DNA of 64,000 nt from Azolla caroliniana (taxonomy: Eukaryota; Plantae; Polypodiophyta): positions 3,100,001 to 3,164,000 of the forward strand of contig JBHGNT010000018.1 in the NCBI GenBank assembly GCA_043228905.1. The letters are read 5' to 3'. Under the pieces are notes generated by a model. The model had not been told where the DNA came from, searched no databases, and saw only the letters and a list, made by a program, of their open reading frames with translations. Positions 60,675 through 64,000 of this stretch are shown here, one piece after another; the stretch's first letter is position 1; each line of letters starts with the position of its first letter. The position numbers and the translations under genes are program-made.

Positions 60675-62495
60675 ATGAAAGAATCTATTTCAAACATCAT
60701 TTCTCAATTGAAGACTTGTTGGAAGCAAAAAAATTTGCAGGAAGGCGCAAAAATACATGCCAAAATTGTCAGCATTGATTTATTGGGCAAACATCCTTAT
60801 ATTGGGAGCTGTTTAGTAACTATGTATGCGAAATGTGGTGCAGTAGTAAAATCACAAGAAGTATTTGATGGCCTGTGGGTACGAAATGTGGTTATTTGGA
60901 ATGCATTGCTTGCTGGATATGTTCAACATGGCCGTAATGAAGAAACTCTTGATTTATTTGACCAAATGCATATTGAAGGGTTCTCTCCTGATGACATCAC
61001 ATACATTTGTATCTTGAAGGCCTGTACTAACATGGGAGCCATCAATAAAGGAACAAAGATCCATGATGAGATTGTGAAGAAGGACATGATGGGGAAAAAC
61101 ATCTCTCTTGATACAACTGTAATCACTATGTATGCGAAATGTGGAATGCTGGAAAAGTCTCAAGAACTCTTTGATGAACTTTTGGTTCGGAATGTAGTCT
61201 CTTGGAATGCACTAATTGATGGATATGCACACCAAGGTAAGAGTAAAGAAGCACTGATCCATTTTGAGAGAATGCAAAAGGAAGGTTTCTCTCCCGATGT
61301 TGTAACTTACATTTGTGTCTTGAAGGCTTGTGCGAGCATACAGGCTCTTGACAAGGGCAAGAAAATTCACAATGTAATCATTCAGCAAAGACTTATAGAG
61401 AAGAATATCATGCTTGGTACTGCTTTAGTCAATATGTATGCTAAATGTGGTGCGCTCAAAGTAGCTGAGCAAGTCTTCCATGAGCTTCCTAACCAGAAGA
61501 TAGTATGTTGGAATGCATTAATAGCTGGGTATGTTGAGCAAGGGAAAAGTGAGAAAGCACTGAATTGCTTCGAGCGAATGATTAGGGAGGACATTGAGCC
61601 AAATGCGATTACATATATTTGTGTTCTCAAAGCTTGTGGTAGCATAGGATCTCTGGAAAAGGGCAAACAAATCCATGAATGCATTAGTAAGAGCAACATT
61701 CTAGAAAAGCACAGTGCACTTGGCAATGCTTTGGTAGATATGTATGCCAAATGTGGTGCATTAACGATGTCTCAAGCACTATTTGATGAGCTTCCAGTTC
61801 ATGATACGGTTTGTTGGAATGCATTGATTTGTGGATATACCCAACAATGCCAGGATGGGGAAGCACTCAATCTTTTTGATCGGATGCAGAAAGAAGGCTT
61901 TTCTCCCGATTCCGTCACATTCGCATCCATCCTAAAGGCTTGTGCTAATATATGTGCGATTTCCAAGGGCAAACAAATTCATTATGAGATTAAGAAAAGG
62001 TGCTTGGAAGAAGATGTTGTGATTAGCACTGCTTTGATGGCCATGTATGGAAAATGTGGTGAAGTGGAGAAAGCCAAGGAAGTATTTGGTGAGCTCACCA
62101 TCCGTGATCTTGCATGTTGGACTACACTTATTTCAGGATATGCGCACCAGAGACTGGGTGAAGAAGCATTGACTTGTTTCGAGAAGATGCAAGAGGAGGG
62201 TCTCTTCCCAGATCCCCCTACATTTCTTTGTGTGCTGAATGCATGCAGCCACTCTGGTCTAGTAAATAAGGGTGAAACATATTTTATGGACATGACATCA
62301 AAGTATGGTTTTTCACCAGGTTTACCCCATCTCAACTGCATGGTGGGTCTTTTCAGTGCAGCAGGCCACTTTGAGAAGGCACTGGCACTTATCCCTCGTG
62401 GTGATTATTGTCCTAGCCATCCTATTCTGTTGGGTGCTTGTCGGAAATGGGGAAATGCTGACATTGGCCGGTTAGTTTTTGAAAGGGCAATATAA
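60675..62495 (+). CDS. PLS-class PPR protein with truncated, degenerating E domain (possibly pseudogenising)
   Basis: Multiple PLS triplets (YAKCG...VVSWNALI.GY...PD.VTYICVLKAC), FLCVLNACSHSGLV, LLGACRKWGN. Stops at ERAI*, but E-like residues continue past the stop. Confidence 0.9.
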   Translation: MKESISNIISQLKTCWKQKNLQEGAKIHAKIVSIDLLGKHPYIGSCLVTMYAKCGAVVKSQEVFDGLWVRNVVIWNALLAGYVQHGRNEETLDLFDQMHIEGFSPDDITYICILKACTNMGAINKGTKIHDEIVKKDMMGKNISLDTTVITMYAKCGMLEKSQELFDELLVRNVVSWNALIDGYAHQGKSKEALIHFERMQKEGFSPDVVTYICVLKACASIQALDKGKKIHNVIIQQRLIEKNIMLGTALVNMYAKCGALKVAEQVFHELPNQKIVCWNALIAGYVEQGKSEKALNCFERMIREDIEPNAITYICVLKACGSIGSLEKGKQIHECISKSNILEKHSALGNALVDMYAKCGALTMSQALFDELPVHDTVCWNALICGYTQQCQDGEALNLFDRMQKEGFSPDSVTFASILKACANICAISKGKQIHYEIKKRCLEEDVVISTALMAMYGKCGEVEKAKEVFGELTIRDLACWTTLISGYAHQRLGEEALTCFEKMQEEGLFPDPPTFLCVLNACSHSGLVNKGETYFMDMTSKYGFSPGLPHLNCMVGLFSAAGHFEKALALIPRGDYCPSHPILLGACRKWGNADIGRLVFERAI

Positions 62496-64000
62496 CTCGA
62501 TCAGTGATATGAATGCTACAGTGGATGTCTTTTCATGAGTAAATTACATGGTGTGGAGTAATGTCAACGTCCACCATCTTGTGTTGTAACCAATCAAAAC
62601 ATCATTCAGGTTGTCTACGGTAGAGCGTAATGCAACACCATAAACAATTTTTATATCTTGCATCCTGGGTTCTGCGTACCTGGAAATTGCTGCCCAGAAC
62701 AAAGTTGATGGGATGTGCATCAAGAGGAGGTAATTGGTCTTCTCATAGAGCCTTGATGTGCCCACAAGAAGGATGCTCTTCAAAGTTAGCATTGGATGTT
62801 GCATAGAGCTCGGAAGTATGTTTAGTTAATGGACATTGTTTTCATGATTGTGAGGAAAAACATGTCAACATGCTCATTGTGGTGCCCCAACAACTGGAAT
62901 GAACACGGATAAAGTGCGTCACACCAGGATATTGATATATGATCAGTGTCTTTACAGTTTCTTTTAGTTACTGCTGGAAATTTATTAGAGTCGACATGCA
63001 TGTGTTGGTATGAGAAAGAAATATACATCGTTTACTAGAGGAGAAACCATGATTCCAAATATGGGTGAATTCATGTTCCCCATACTGGAACTAAAATAAA
63101 AGCTCTAGGTTTCCTTAAGCTCCATGATCATGATCGTAATGCATGTGGACATGGTGAGCAATGATCTCCATGATTGGGTAATGGTATGTCCCGTGTCACG
63201 TATATCCTACTATTCATGATCTCCATTGTCTGCATTCCTCTGTTCGTATGTTTGGCCTCCTTGACAGGCCAATGGAGTTTAGTATAGAAGAAATTAGTGA
63301 TATACAATCGTCATTGCATCCTACATAGTAATTTAAGGTTGATCCCTATTCTTGTGAAGCTCAACCATTATTTGGCCAAACTGTGGTGGTTCAGCATTCT
63401 CCATCATTTATCTAGTGGAGTTCATGTAGAGGATGGCATACTTCTACACTTCTGTGGTGTGGTTGAAATCCAAACTTCTACACAATATGTTCCTCACTTT
63501 CAATTGCTCCTTCATATAATTTCCATGTCTGCATAGTGCTCATCTTGCAAGAGTAAACTCCACCCGACTCGAGAAATAAAAAAGGTTAATGACGATCAAG
63601 TGGATTATTGGCACAATCGAAAGAAACATGCTGAATTGGAGAAAGAACATCACAAGGAAGCCATAAAGTGTGCATTATGGAATAAACAAAGAAAGAGTGC
63701 ATTTTTATAAAAGAGTTTATCCATGCCTAGAGCATTAGTTTGCAACATCATTTAAACATTTATGATCGCTTATTTCCATGGCAATAGATTTCAACTGTAG
63801 ACATGTGACTTATGCATAATGAATAGATATTTTCACATAATTGCATTCATGAGAGGTCCAAGTTTATTTAAAGAGCGATGCTTGTTGGTTGCATGAATGA
63901 ATTCTGTAACGGAAAACATAACTTAAGTTAAAGCAACAGCTGTAATATAAAAAACTGGTATAATCTTGTCTATATCAATCCACAAGCCTGAAATTGTTTT

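Noticed and set aside
62493-62510. U-to-C RNA editing rescuing the PPR stop codons
   Set aside because: U-to-C editing is established for organellar transcripts, not nuclear mRNAs; ordinary C-to-T mutation is sufficient.
62544-63560. Short minus-strand ORFs, possibly a decayed gene or transposase
   Set aside because: No recognisable motif and many stop codons.

Overview
Eukaryotic, AT-rich, intron- and TE-rich land-plant nuclear DNA. The PLS-PPR sequence style suggests a fern or another seed-free vascular plant (inference). Genes: (1) the 3' part of a multi-exon callose synthase (GSL8/GSL10-like, + strand, exons 1237-21548). Its 8.4-kb intron (4555-12939) hosts (2) an intronless, GC-rich, same-strand exostosin/GT47 gene whose catalytic domain reads more like animal EXT1 than like typical angiosperm GT47s. 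Also present are (3) an intronless PHOX/CLMP1-type TPR+PB1 gene, (4) a 3-exon EPFL1/2-like peptide precursor with an unusually long loop, (5-6) two PLS-class PPR genes with E-like tails and no DYW domain, and (7) a PI-PLC X-box phosphodiesterase. Intergenic and intronic DNA holds solo LTRs with TSDs, a chromovirus remnant whose LTR carries a young 5'-inverted (twin-primed) LINE with a perfect 19-bp TSD, an older LINE interrupted by two insertions (one with tRNA-like motifs in its terminal repeats), two MITEs, minisatellites and tandem duplications. All family assignments come from motif recognition by eye; no searches were run.
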